A stretch of DNA of 64,000 bases from Niveispirillum sp. (GTDB lineage: Bacteria > Pseudomonadota > Alphaproteobacteria > Azospirillales > Azospirillaceae), in contig NZ_JAGOGJ010000006.1 in assembly GCF_017996735.1 (NCBI RefSeq), positions 46,295 through 110,294 of the forward strand, given 5' to 3'. A program made the position numbers and the translations under genes. Below the pieces are notes generated by a model. That model made no database searches and was not told the origin of the DNA. It saw only the letters and a program-made list of their open reading frames with translations. Shown here in pieces: positions 38,049 through 46,521 of this stretch. The first letter of the stretch is position 1, and each line of letters opens with the position of its first letter.

Positions 38049-39773
38049 ATGAAGCCGCTTGAGCCGTTTTTCACCGTTTCCGACTATCTGATCCAGCGCC
38101 TGCATGAAGCGGGCCTGCGCGACGTCTTCACGGTGCCGGGCGATTATGTCGCCCGCTGGTTCGACTATATCGACGATAAGGACCGCAATGACGGCTACCA
38201 GTTGACCCGGCTGGGTTGCCGGTCGGAGCTGGAGGCCGGCTATGCCGCCGATGCCTATGGCCGCATCAACGGCATTTCCTGTGCCGCCGTCACCTATGGC
38301 GTCGGCGCCTTCTCATTGCTGAACCCGGTGGCCGGGTCCTATGTGGAACGTGTGCCGACGGTGGCCATTTCCGGCAGCCCGGGGACCAGCGACACCGACC
38401 GGCCCTTTGCCCGGACCTACAAGATCCTGCTGCACCATGCGACCGGCAATTACGAGGCCGACCGCAACGCCTATGAGGATATCACGGCCGAGGCCATCAT
38501 CATCAGCGACGCCAGGCAGGCGCCCGCCATGATCGATGGTGCCCTGGGCGCCGCCCTGTCGCAAAAGCGCCCTGTCTATATCGAGCTCTGGCGCCAGCTC
38601 TGGGATGCCGAATGCGCCCGGCCGGTCGGGGCGTTGACGATCCCCGCCCTGCCCGTGGATCAGGACGCCGTGAAGGCCGCCGCCGCGCATGTGGCCGGGC
38701 TGATCAAGACCGCCGCCAACCCCCTGTTCTGGGGCGGGATCGAGGTTCAGCGTTATGGTCTGCAAAGCGCCTTCGCCGGCCTGGTGGACCAGACGGGCAT
38801 CCCCTATGTCACCAGCCTGCTGGCCAAAAGCGTGCTGGCCGAAACCCATCCGGGCTTCATCGGCACCTATACGGGACCGTCGTCGGATTATTCCACCTAC
38901 ACTACCGTGGAAAATGCCGACATGGTGGTGGTCACGGGCGACCTGCTGACCGACGATTACGAAGGGTTCGTGTCCAAGGATTTCAGCCAGATGGTTGTGG
39001 CCTATGACGGCACGGTCCGGGTGGGGGAAGCCTATTATTTCCAGGTGCCGCTGGCCGCCTTCATCAGCGCCCTGTCGGACGCGCTGCAAGGTACGGGCAA
39101 GCGGGAACCCTGGGCCGTGAAAGGTCCGGCCGTGATCGACCCGGATTTTAAGCCCTTCCCGCCCGATGCCATCACCTATGCCCGGTTCTTCCAGCGCATG
39201 CTGACCTGGGTCGATGCCGACATGACCCTGGTGCCCGATGAAAGCAGCAGCATGTATGTAAGCTGCAACATCCCCGTGAACCGGGCCAATGGCTTTGTTT
39301 CCGAGGCGGCCTGGGGCAGCATCGGCTATGCCTCGGCCGCGGCGCTGGGCCTGTCGGTGGCGGCACCGGATGCGCGGCCGGTCGTGTTTGCCGGCGATGG
39401 CGGGTTCCAGATGGTGGCGCAGACGGTCAGCACCATGGCGCTGTACCGGCGCAACCCCATCATCTTTGTCATGGTCAACACCATCTATGGCATCGAACAG
39501 GCCCTGACCAATGACAAGGCCTATACCGAGGGCCAGCCCTTCAACGCGTTCAACGTCATTCCCTATTGGGACTATGCCGGACTGGCCGTGGCGCTGGGCG
39601 CCAAGGGGGTACGGGTGACGACCCTGACGGAGTTGGAGAATGCCCTGACGACGGTGAAGGCCGATCTGGATTCCGTCTGGCTGGTGCAGGTCAACCTGCC
39701 GGCCGACGACATCCCGCAGGAAATCCTGCGTCTGGCCACCAACGAACCGCCGTCGCCGCCGGCGGTGGGGTAA
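38049..39773 (+). CDS. TPP-dependent 2-keto acid decarboxylase (pyruvate/indolepyruvate/phenylpyruvate decarboxylase family)
   Basis: VPGDY, SELEAGYAADAYGR, LLHHATG, WGSIGY, GDGGFQM...VN TPP motif; ATG 38049 fits the SD better than 38040. Confidence 0.9.
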   Translation: MKPLEPFFTVSDYLIQRLHEAGLRDVFTVPGDYVARWFDYIDDKDRNDGYQLTRLGCRSELEAGYAADAYGRINGISCAAVTYGVGAFSLLNPVAGSYVERVPTVAISGSPGTSDTDRPFARTYKILLHHATGNYEADRNAYEDITAEAIIISDARQAPAMIDGALGAALSQKRPVYIELWRQLWDAECARPVGALTIPALPVDQDAVKAAAAHVAGLIKTAANPLFWGGIEVQRYGLQSAFAGLVDQTGIPYVTSLLAKSVLAETHPGFIGTYTGPSSDYSTYTTVENADMVVVTGDLLTDDYEGFVSKDFSQMVVAYDGTVRVGEAYYFQVPLAAFISALSDALQGTGKREPWAVKGPAVIDPDFKPFPPDAITYARFFQRMLTWVDADMTLVPDESSSMYVSCNIPVNRANGFVSEAAWGSIGYASAAALGLSVAAPDARPVVFAGDGGFQMVAQTVSTMALYRRNPIIFVMVNTIYGIEQALTNDKAYTEGQPFNAFNVIPYWDYAGLAVALGAKGVRVTTLTELENALTTVKADLDSVWLVQVNLPADDIPQEILRLATNEPPSPPAVG

Positions 39774-39780
39774 GCGGCCG

Positions 39781-39805
39781 GGGGCGGGCGCGAAACGCCC
39801 GCCCC
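39781..39805. terminator. Bidirectional hairpin
   Basis: GGGGCGGGCG-CGAAA-CGCCCGCCCC between convergent genes. Confidence 0.65.
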
Positions 39806-39813
39806 ACCCTTTC

Positions 39814-40236
39814 TCACACAAACAGCATCTGATCGCCGGGCCGCACCTGGCCCAGCAGGGTGACCATGCCCGTCGTCTCCACCTTCAGGTCGGGACGCAG
39901 CGCCGGTTCACGGATGCCCAGCGCGCGCCAGCCCATTTCGCAGGCCAGGAAGGTCACATCCAATTCGGCACAAGCCGTCAGCAGCTCATCGAACCTGCCC
40001 ACGCCGCGCAGGGCCAGGGTGGCGTCGCGCGCTTCCGGGCTGGTGCCATCGTCGGAGAAATCCAGACGTTTCCAGCCTTCCCCGCTCAACAGGGCGGGCA
40101 AGGCCCGGCCCGTGAAGAACAGGGTCACAGGCCGGCCCGTGGCCACGGCCGCGGCGGCCGTGACCAGGGCGTAATGCACCCGGTCATAACCGCCGGACTG
40201 CACCACCAGCACCAGCCCCCATTTACCGTCGGACAT
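39814..40236 (-). CDS. DsrE/DsrF-like family protein
   Basis: YDRVHYALVTAAAAVATGRPVTLFFTG, FLACEMG. Confidence 0.75.
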   Translation of the reverse strand: MSDGKWGLVLVVQSGGYDRVHYALVTAAAAVATGRPVTLFFTGRALPALLSGEGWKRLDFSDDGTSPEARDATLALRGVGRFDELLTACAELDVTFLACEMGWRALGIREPALRPDLKVETTGMVTLLGQVRPGDQMLFV

Positions 40237-40254
40237 TGTATGCTCCAAGCGTCG

Positions 40255-41052
40255 TTAAAACGGGTGGTGGGACAAATCCACATAGGTCGGATGGGGGCCG
40301 CAGACGGGGCATTCCGGATCGCGGCGGATTTTCACCGTCCGGAAGCCCGTCTCCAGCGCCGAATACATCAGCAGCCGGCCCGACAGGCTGTCGCCGATCC
40401 CCAACAGTTCCTTCAACACTTCAACGGCCTGAAGGCTCCCCATGCTGCCCGCCAGCGCCCCCAGAACCCCGCCTTCCGAACAGGACGGGATCATGCCGGG
40501 CGGCGGCGGTTCCCGGAAAATACAGCGGTAACAGGGGTGCGGGTCGCCCAGATGCGCCTTGAAGGTGGAAAGCTGTCCGTCAAAGCGCAGCATGGCAGCA
40601 CTGACCAGCGTCTTGGCCGACAGATAACAGGCATCGTTCAGCAGGAACCGGGTCGCGAAATTGTCCGTCCCGTCGGCCACCACGTCATAATTGCCGATGA
40701 TGTCCAGCACGTTGGACCGGTTCAGGCGGGTCTTGTGAACCTCCACCTTCACGTCGGGATTGATGGCGGCGATTCGGGCCGCGGCACTGTCCACCTTCGG
40801 CACACCAATGCCGGCCGTATCATGGATCACCTGCCGCTGCAGGTTCGACAGATCGACGACATCATCATCGACAATGCCAATGCGCCCCACCCCGGCGGCC
40901 GCGAGATACAGCAACATCGGTGCCCCCAGCCCACCGGCCCCCACGATCAGCGCGGAGGAGGAGAGCAGCTTCGACTGTCCCTCCCCCCCCACCTCGCGCA
41001 GCATGATATGGCGGGCGTAACGGTCGATCTGGCTGTCGGTGAGGTCGAGCAT
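40255..41052 (-). CDS. moeB: Molybdopterin-synthase adenylyltransferase MoeB (ThiF/MoeB family)
   Basis: RYARHIML, VGAGGLG, DDDVVDLSNLQRQ, CYRC, SCSEGG, RDPECPVC. Confidence 0.88.
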   Translation of the reverse strand: MLDLTDSQIDRYARHIMLREVGGEGQSKLLSSSALIVGAGGLGAPMLLYLAAAGVGRIGIVDDDVVDLSNLQRQVIHDTAGIGVPKVDSAAARIAAINPDVKVEVHKTRLNRSNVLDIIGNYDVVADGTDNFATRFLLNDACYLSAKTLVSAAMLRFDGQLSTFKAHLGDPHPCYRCIFREPPPPGMIPSCSEGGVLGALAGSMGSLQAVEVLKELLGIGDSLSGRLLMYSALETGFRTVKIRRDPECPVCGPHPTYVDLSHHPF

Positions 41053-41102
41053 CAGGGGTCCTCATACAATTTCCAGTGATCTTGACGGTCACTGGACTTC
41101 TC

Positions 41103-41152
41103 GCGCCGGCGCCGCCATCCGGCGGTCTGGCTCACGGCGCCATCTGGGGCGC
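41103..41152. repeat. Second, shorter copy of the scoA-scoB palindromic element
   Basis: GCGCCGGCGCCGCCATCCGGCGGTCTGGCTCACGGCGCCA; overlaps the last codons and stop of the TSUP gene. Confidence 0.65.
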
Positions 41153-41950
41153 GGCGGCGAACAGGTCGCGGAGCAGAAGATATAGGGGGTGGTCAGGCTG
41201 CGCCACCAGTCGGATAGTCATACCCAGACAGACGATCACCAGCAGCGGCCGTACCAGTTTCGCCCCGAACCGCAGGGCGGCATGACTGCCGACCCAGGCA
41301 CCGATCACCTGCGCCACCGCCATGATCAGGCCCGCCTTCCACACGATCTGTCCGCCCAGAGCGAACACGCCCAGGCTGACGACATTGCTGGTGAAGTTCA
41401 GCAGCTTGGTATTGGCCGTGGCACGCCGCATGTTCATGCCCAGCAGCGCCACGCAGCCCAGCGCGAAGAAACTGCCCGTGCCCGGCCCGAAGAATCCGTC
41501 ATAGAAACCGACGGCGAACCCCACTGTCAGGCTGAAGGCCGGCAGCGTCATGCGCGCCTTCGCCTCCACATCGCCCACACGCGGGCTGAGCAGGAAATAG
41601 ACGGCGATGGCGACCAGCAGCACGGGGATCACCGCCATCATGAAGCCGGTGCCCGTCATGCGCACCGCCATGGTGCCCGCGGCCGACCCGGCAAAGACGC
41701 AGGCCACCGTGAAGGCCATGGCGCGCAGTTCGATCTGTCCTGCCCGCCAGAAGGTGAAGGTGGCCATGGCGGTGCCGAAACTGCCCTGCAACTTGTTGGT
41801 GGCCAGCGCCGCCGCCGGCGGGATGCCCGTGGACAACAGGGCCGGAATGGTGATCAGCCCGCCCCCGCCTGCGATGGCATCAATGAAGCCGGCCAGCAAG
41901 GCGGCAATGGCCAGGAAGACCAGAAGGTCGGTGGACAGGAGTTCGGTCAA
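41132..41950 (-). CDS. TSUP (TauE/SafE, YfcA-like) membrane transporter
   Basis: AGFIDAIAGGGGLITIPAL, ATNKLQ, GFYDGFFGPGTGSF. Confidence 0.9.
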   Translation of the reverse strand: MTELLSTDLLVFLAIAALLAGFIDAIAGGGGLITIPALLSTGIPPAAALATNKLQGSFGTAMATFTFWRAGQIELRAMAFTVACVFAGSAAGTMAVRMTGTGFMMAVIPVLLVAIAVYFLLSPRVGDVEAKARMTLPAFSLTVGFAVGFYDGFFGPGTGSFFALGCVALLGMNMRRATANTKLLNFTSNVVSLGVFALGGQIVWKAGLIMAVAQVIGAWVGSHAALRFGAKLVRPLLVIVCLGMTIRLVAQPDHPLYLLLRDLFAAAPQMAP

Positions 41951-42034
41951 GATCGGCCTGCGGCGGTGTGGGGACGCGCCGATACTGATAAGGGGTTGAA
42001 CGGCCGGGGGGAAGGGCGAAGGGGAAACGGGACC

Positions 42035-42246
42035 TCAGGCAGCAGCCCCCGCCTGGACATGGATATCAAGGCCAATGGCGGTGGCCATGGTCAGCAAATC
42101 CTTAAAACTGAAACCATCGATCTGTCCGCGTTGGAACGCGCTCCACCGATCCGGGCTGATACCCAGGCGCTCAGTTTGAGGCCGGCCCGCATCGCAGGAT
42201 CATCCTCAATCGCGTCCCAGACGCTGGCAAATACCCTGTCGGTCAT
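42035..42246 (-). pseudogene. XRE-HTH antitoxin (HigA-like) pseudogene with an internal deletion and frameshift
   Basis: Frame 1 gives MTDRVFASVWDAIEDDPAMRAGLKL; a shifted frame from about 42172 gives ERLGISPDRWSAFQRGQIDGFSFKDLLTMATAIGLDIHVQAGAAA-stop. Confidence 0.8.
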
Positions 42247-42338
42247 GACGCCCCCCTGGTCAGTGCGCGAAAGCGGCGGGTGGCGATGTCGATATCCGCC
42301 TGCGCCGTCTTCTGGCTCTTCTTCTCGAAACAATGCAA
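42243..42338 (-). pseudogene. 3' remnant of a RelE/HigB (Gp49-like) toxin
   Basis: LHCFEKKSQKTAQADIDIATRRFRALTRGAS-stop; ATGA overlap with the antitoxin start; in-frame TAA upstream with no start codon in between other than GTG/TTG. Confidence 0.75.
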
Positions 42339-42507
42339 CCCATGCTCACCACATCCACCCACCGATTACCCTCGCTCCCCGCTCCCGCGTTTGCTAAGAA
42401 GGTTGTTCCAGTCGAACTCGGGTGGGATGGCCGGAATGCCGGAACATGGTGCGGACGGGCGGCGGGGCGTTGCCCGTCCTGGTTACTGATCCCCGTTGTT
42501 GGTGATC

Positions 42508-42990
42508 ATGGCCCAGATACATGCAAGCTGTGTCGCGGTTGATGGTCTGGCCCTGCTGCTGCGGGGACCATCGGGGGCGGGCAAATCCGATCTGGCACTG
42601 CGCCTTGTCGATGAAGGGGCGCGTCTGGTGGCCGATGATCGTGTCGATCTGCTTTCCGACGGACAGGGCGGCCTGATGGCCCGCTGTCCGCAGGCGATAT
42701 CCGGATTGATGGAGGTGCGGGGCCTGGGCGTGCTGCCCGTCCCGTCGGTCGACACCGCCCCCGTTGCCCTGATCGTCGATCTGGAAACCGACGACGAAAG
42801 ATTGCCGCAACCGGGGCTGGAGATGCTGGCCGGTGTCGCCCTGCCTCGCATCCGCGTGAACCCGTTCCATGCCAGCACGCCGGCCAAGCTGCGGCTGGCC
42901 ATGGCGGCCCTGTCGCGCGGCTGGCCGCTGGTTCCGGGGGAAGGCGCGTGGCGCCGGATGGTCGCCATCGCCGCCGGGGGGCAGGCATGA
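42508..42990 (+). CDS. hprK: HPr kinase/phosphorylase, short alphaproteobacterial form
   Basis: IHASCVAV, LLLRGPSGAGKSDLALRL, LVADDRV, GLMEVRGLG. Confidence 0.88.
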   Translation: MAQIHASCVAVDGLALLLRGPSGAGKSDLALRLVDEGARLVADDRVDLLSDGQGGLMARCPQAISGLMEVRGLGVLPVPSVDTAPVALIVDLETDDERLPQPGLEMLAGVALPRIRVNPFHASTPAKLRLAMAALSRGWPLVPGEGAWRRMVAIAAGGQA

Positions 42991-43934
42991 GCGGGTCCGC
43001 CGGCCTGGGCCCCGATGGCCGCCTGCCCGTCGTCGTCGCCACCGGCATGTCCGGCAGCGGCCTGTCGACCGCCATGAAATGCCTGGAGGATCTGGGATAC
43101 GAGGCGGTGGACAATCTGCGCCTGTCGCTGCTGCAGCCCCTGGTCAGCCAGCCGCATGACCGGCCGCTGGTCATCGGCATCGACAGCCGGACCCGCGATT
43201 TCAACACCCAGACCCTGCTGGCCCAGATCTCCCTGCTGCGCGACCGGCCCGACCTGCGCGTGCGGCTGCTGTTCATGGATGCCCATGCCGACGCGTTGCA
43301 GCGTCGCTATACCGAAACCCGGCGCCCCCACCCGCTGGCTGCCGACCGCCCCGTGCTGGACGGGATCGCCACCGAACGGGTGTTGATGCAGCCTTTGCGC
43401 GACGCGGCGGACGAGGTGGTGGATACCACCAACTTCTCCGTCCATGACACGCGACGGCACCTGACGGGGCTGTTCCGGTTGGATGGCGGGCCGGTCCTGT
43501 CGATCTTCGTGACCAGCTTCGCCTATCGCCATGGCGTCCCGCGGGAGGCCGATCTGGTCTTCGATGTGCGCTTCCTGGACAATCCGCACTGGGACAAGGC
43601 CCTGCGCCCCCTGACGGGGCTGGACCAGCCCGTGGCCGATTACATCACCCGCGACCCGGACTATGCCGAATTTTTCGGCAACCTGACGCGGCTGCTGGAA
43701 CCCTTGCTGCCCCGCTATGTGCGGGAGGGCAAGCATTACCTGACCATCGCGGTCGGCTGCACGGGCGGCCGGCACCGGTCGGTGTTCATCACCCGCAACC
43801 TGGCCCGGTGGCTGGCGGAGCGGGGATACAAGGTGGGCGAGGCGCACCGCGACCTCGACCGCAAGGAGCAGGCGCCGCCACCCGTTCCCGAAGACCGGGC
43901 GGCGGCCGGCACGAACCTGAGGGAAAGCGCATGA
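42987..43934 (+). CDS. rapZ: RNase adapter RapZ (YvcJ/YhbJ family) with degenerate Walker A
   Basis: LEDLGYEAVDNL, RRYTETRRPHPL, DLVFDVRFLDNPHW, IAVGCTGGRHRSV. Confidence 0.9.
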   Translation: MSGSAGLGPDGRLPVVVATGMSGSGLSTAMKCLEDLGYEAVDNLRLSLLQPLVSQPHDRPLVIGIDSRTRDFNTQTLLAQISLLRDRPDLRVRLLFMDAHADALQRRYTETRRPHPLAADRPVLDGIATERVLMQPLRDAADEVVDTTNFSVHDTRRHLTGLFRLDGGPVLSIFVTSFAYRHGVPREADLVFDVRFLDNPHWDKALRPLTGLDQPVADYITRDPDYAEFFGNLTRLLEPLLPRYVREGKHYLTIAVGCTGGRHRSVFITRNLARWLAERGYKVGEAHRDLDRKEQAPPPVPEDRAAAGTNLRESA

Positions 43935-44335
43935 TTGGCTTGGTCCTGGTCACCCACGGCAATCTTGCCGTGGAGTTCATCGCCGCCATGGAGCATGTGG
44001 TGGGCCCGCAGAAACAGGTCTGCGCGGTCTGTATCGGACCCGAGGACGATATGGAGCAGCGCCGCAACGACATCCTGGCCGACGTCGCCAAGTGCGATAC
44101 CGGCGATGGCGTCGTGGTCCTGACCGACATGTTCGGCGGCACCCCGTCCAACCTGGCCATTTCGATCATGGACCGCGCCAAGGTGGAGGTGATCGCCGGC
44201 ATGAACCTGCCCATGCTGATCAAGCTGGCGTCCGTGCGCAAGACGGGGGCCGACCTGAAGGCCGCCGTGGCCGCCGCCCAGGAGGCGGGCCGCAAATATA
44301 TCAATGTCGCCTCCGCCCTGCTGTCGGACGGCTGA
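43931..44335 (+). CDS. PTS EIIA component, mannose/fructose family
   Basis: MIGLVLVTHG, LTDMFGGTPSNLA, GMNLPMLIK. Confidence 0.92.
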   Translation: MIGLVLVTHGNLAVEFIAAMEHVVGPQKQVCAVCIGPEDDMEQRRNDILADVAKCDTGDGVVVLTDMFGGTPSNLAISIMDRAKVEVIAGMNLPMLIKLASVRKTGADLKAAVAAAQEAGRKYINVASALLSDG

Positions 44336-44372
44336 TCCCCCCTCTTTCCACCCCCTGTTTGCGGTCCCTTGA

Positions 44373-44666
44373 ATGAGCGAAAGCATCCTGCCCCCCGGCG
44401 CCCTGTCGCGCACGGTCACCATCCGCAACCGGCGCGGCCTGCATGCCCGCGCGGCGGCGAAGTTCGTGAAGCTGGCCGGCGACTACGACGCACAGGTGGA
44501 GGTGGAACGCGCCGACAATATCGTGTCGGGCGTATCGATCATGGGATTGATGATGCTGGCCGCCAGCATCGATACGACAATCGACATCAGGGCGGCCGGC
44601 CCCCAGGCCCGCGAGGCGCTGGACGCCCTGACCAGGCTGGTCGACGAGAAGTTCGGCGAAGACTAA
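44373..44666 (+). CDS. HPr family phosphocarrier protein
   Basis: GLHARAAAKFV (phospho-His), SIMGLMML (regulatory Ser). Confidence 0.93.
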   Translation: MSESILPPGALSRTVTIRNRRGLHARAAAKFVKLAGDYDAQVEVERADNIVSGVSIMGLMMLAASIDTTIDIRAAGPQAREALDALTRLVDEKFGED

Positions 44667-44690
44667 GAACAGTTCCGGGAGTGCCCGCCC

Positions 44691-46490
44691 ATGACCACGC
44701 GACAGCACCCGCCCCGCCACGGCGCGGGAGACGCCGCCACGGCTGAACGCCTGTTGCGCGGCCTGGGCGTGTCGCCGGGCATCGCCATCGGCCCCGCCCA
44801 TGTGATGGAAGCCGGCGCCATCCAGGTGCCCGAATATTGCGTGGCCGAAAATGCCGTGGATGAGGAGGTGGCGCGCTTCCATGGGGCCGTGGAAAAGGCA
44901 CGGCGCCAGCTTGGCAAGCTGAAATCCAAGGCCGGCACCCTGCCCGCCGATGCCGCCGCCGACGTCGCCACCCTGCTGGAGGCGCATCAGGCCATGCTGT
45001 CGGGATCGCGCCTGATCCGCGGCGTGGAAAAGCGCATCCGCAGTGAATTCCTGAATGCCGAATCGGCGGTGCAGCAGGAAATCACAGTCCTGGCGCAGAG
45101 TTTTGCCGCCATGGACGATGCCTATCTGGCCGCCCGCGTGGCCGATGTGCGCGAGGTCGGGCGCCGGCTGGTCCGCAACCTGATGGAAACGCCCTATCAG
45201 GCCTTCTCCCGCCTGCCCGACGGCGCCATCATCCTGGCCGAGGAACTGTCCCCCGCCGACACCGCCCTGCTGGACCCCCGCCGCATCGGCGGTTTTGCCA
45301 CCGTGCTGGGCGGGGCGGAGGGGCACACGGCCATCATGGCCCGGTCGCTGGGTCTGCCCGCCGTTCTGGGTGCCGCCGGCCTGTTGCAGGGGGTGGAGAC
45401 GGGCGACCTTGTGGTCGTGGACGGGCGCGCGGGCCGCGTCCTGATCAACCCGTCCGAGGATGTGCTGGCCGATTACCGCCAGCGCCAGACCCTGTGGCGG
45501 GCGGAACGGGAGCAGTTGAAGGCCCTGGCCGGCCTGCCCGCCATCACCCGCGACGGCACCGACGTCACCTTGAATGCCAACCTGGAACTGCCGCGCGAAC
45601 TGGACGGGGCGCGCGATGGCGGCGCGGCCGGCGTCGGCCTGCTGCGCACGGAATTCATGTATATGAACCGTGACGACCTTCCGGGGGAGGAGGAGCAGTA
45701 TCAGGTCCTGCGCGATCTGGTTGTCGCCATGGACGGAAAGCCGGTCACGGCCCGCACCCTGGATGTCGGGGGTGAAAAGCTGGCCGGCGCGCTGGCCGAC
45801 CGATTCGCCACGCCGGCCAATCCCGCCCTGGGCCTGCGCGCCATCCGCCTGGGCCTGAAGGAGCCGAAGCTGCTGGAAACGCAGCTTGCCGCCATGCTGC
45901 GCGCCGGTGCGCACGGGCCGATCCGCATCCTGGTCCCGATGATCAGCAACCCGTCGGAAATGCGCAAGGTGCGGGAACTGATGCGCGCCGTGGCCCGCCG
46001 CCTGCTGCGCCGGGGCCATGCCATCGCCGATCCGCTGCCCCCCCTGGGCGCCATGATCGAGATACCGGGCGCCGCCCTGGCCGCCGACAGCCTGTCATCC
46101 GTTTCCGATTTCTTCGCCATCGGCACCAACGACCTGATCCAGTACACGCTGGCCATCGATCGTGGCGACGAACAGGTGGCCTATCTCTACGATCCGCTGC
46201 ACCCCGCCGTGCTGCGGCTGGTGCAGTTCACCGTGGAGGCGGCGGCCCGGGCCCGCATTCCCGTGTCCATCTGCGGTGAAATGGCGGGCGATCCGCGCTA
46301 TGCCGCGCTGCTGCTGGGCATGGGCGTGCGCGAACTGTCCATGGCGCCGGCCAACCTGCCGCTGGTGAAGCGCCGGGTGCGCGGCATGGATCTGCGGGAA
46401 GCCACCCGCCGCGCCGGCATGATCATGGGTCAGACCGATGGCGGGCGCATCGCCGCGCTGCTGGATGATTTCAACGAAGCGTTGGGGTAA
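44691..46490 (+). CDS. ptsI: PEP-protein phosphotransferase (Enzyme I) without N-terminal GAF domain
   Basis: GVSPGIAIG, GHTAIMARS, GLLRTEF, NPALGLRAIR, IGTNDLIQY, ICGEMAGD. Confidence 0.9.
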   Translation: MTTRQHPPRHGAGDAATAERLLRGLGVSPGIAIGPAHVMEAGAIQVPEYCVAENAVDEEVARFHGAVEKARRQLGKLKSKAGTLPADAAADVATLLEAHQAMLSGSRLIRGVEKRIRSEFLNAESAVQQEITVLAQSFAAMDDAYLAARVADVREVGRRLVRNLMETPYQAFSRLPDGAIILAEELSPADTALLDPRRIGGFATVLGGAEGHTAIMARSLGLPAVLGAAGLLQGVETGDLVVVDGRAGRVLINPSEDVLADYRQRQTLWRAEREQLKALAGLPAITRDGTDVTLNANLELPRELDGARDGGAAGVGLLRTEFMYMNRDDLPGEEEQYQVLRDLVVAMDGKPVTARTLDVGGEKLAGALADRFATPANPALGLRAIRLGLKEPKLLETQLAAMLRAGAHGPIRILVPMISNPSEMRKVRELMRAVARRLLRRGHAIADPLPPLGAMIEIPGAALAADSLSSVSDFFAIGTNDLIQYTLAIDRGDEQVAYLYDPLHPAVLRLVQFTVEAAARARIPVSICGEMAGDPRYAALLLGMGVRELSMAPANLPLVKRRVRGMDLREATRRAGMIMGQTDGGRIAALLDDFNEALG

Positions 46491-46521
46491 TCTCGTCATG
46501 CGCCATCCGCAGGAGGCCCCG

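Noticed and set aside
42340-42507. Remnant of chvG 3' end before hprK
   Set aside because: No frame gave recognisable kinase ATPase motifs
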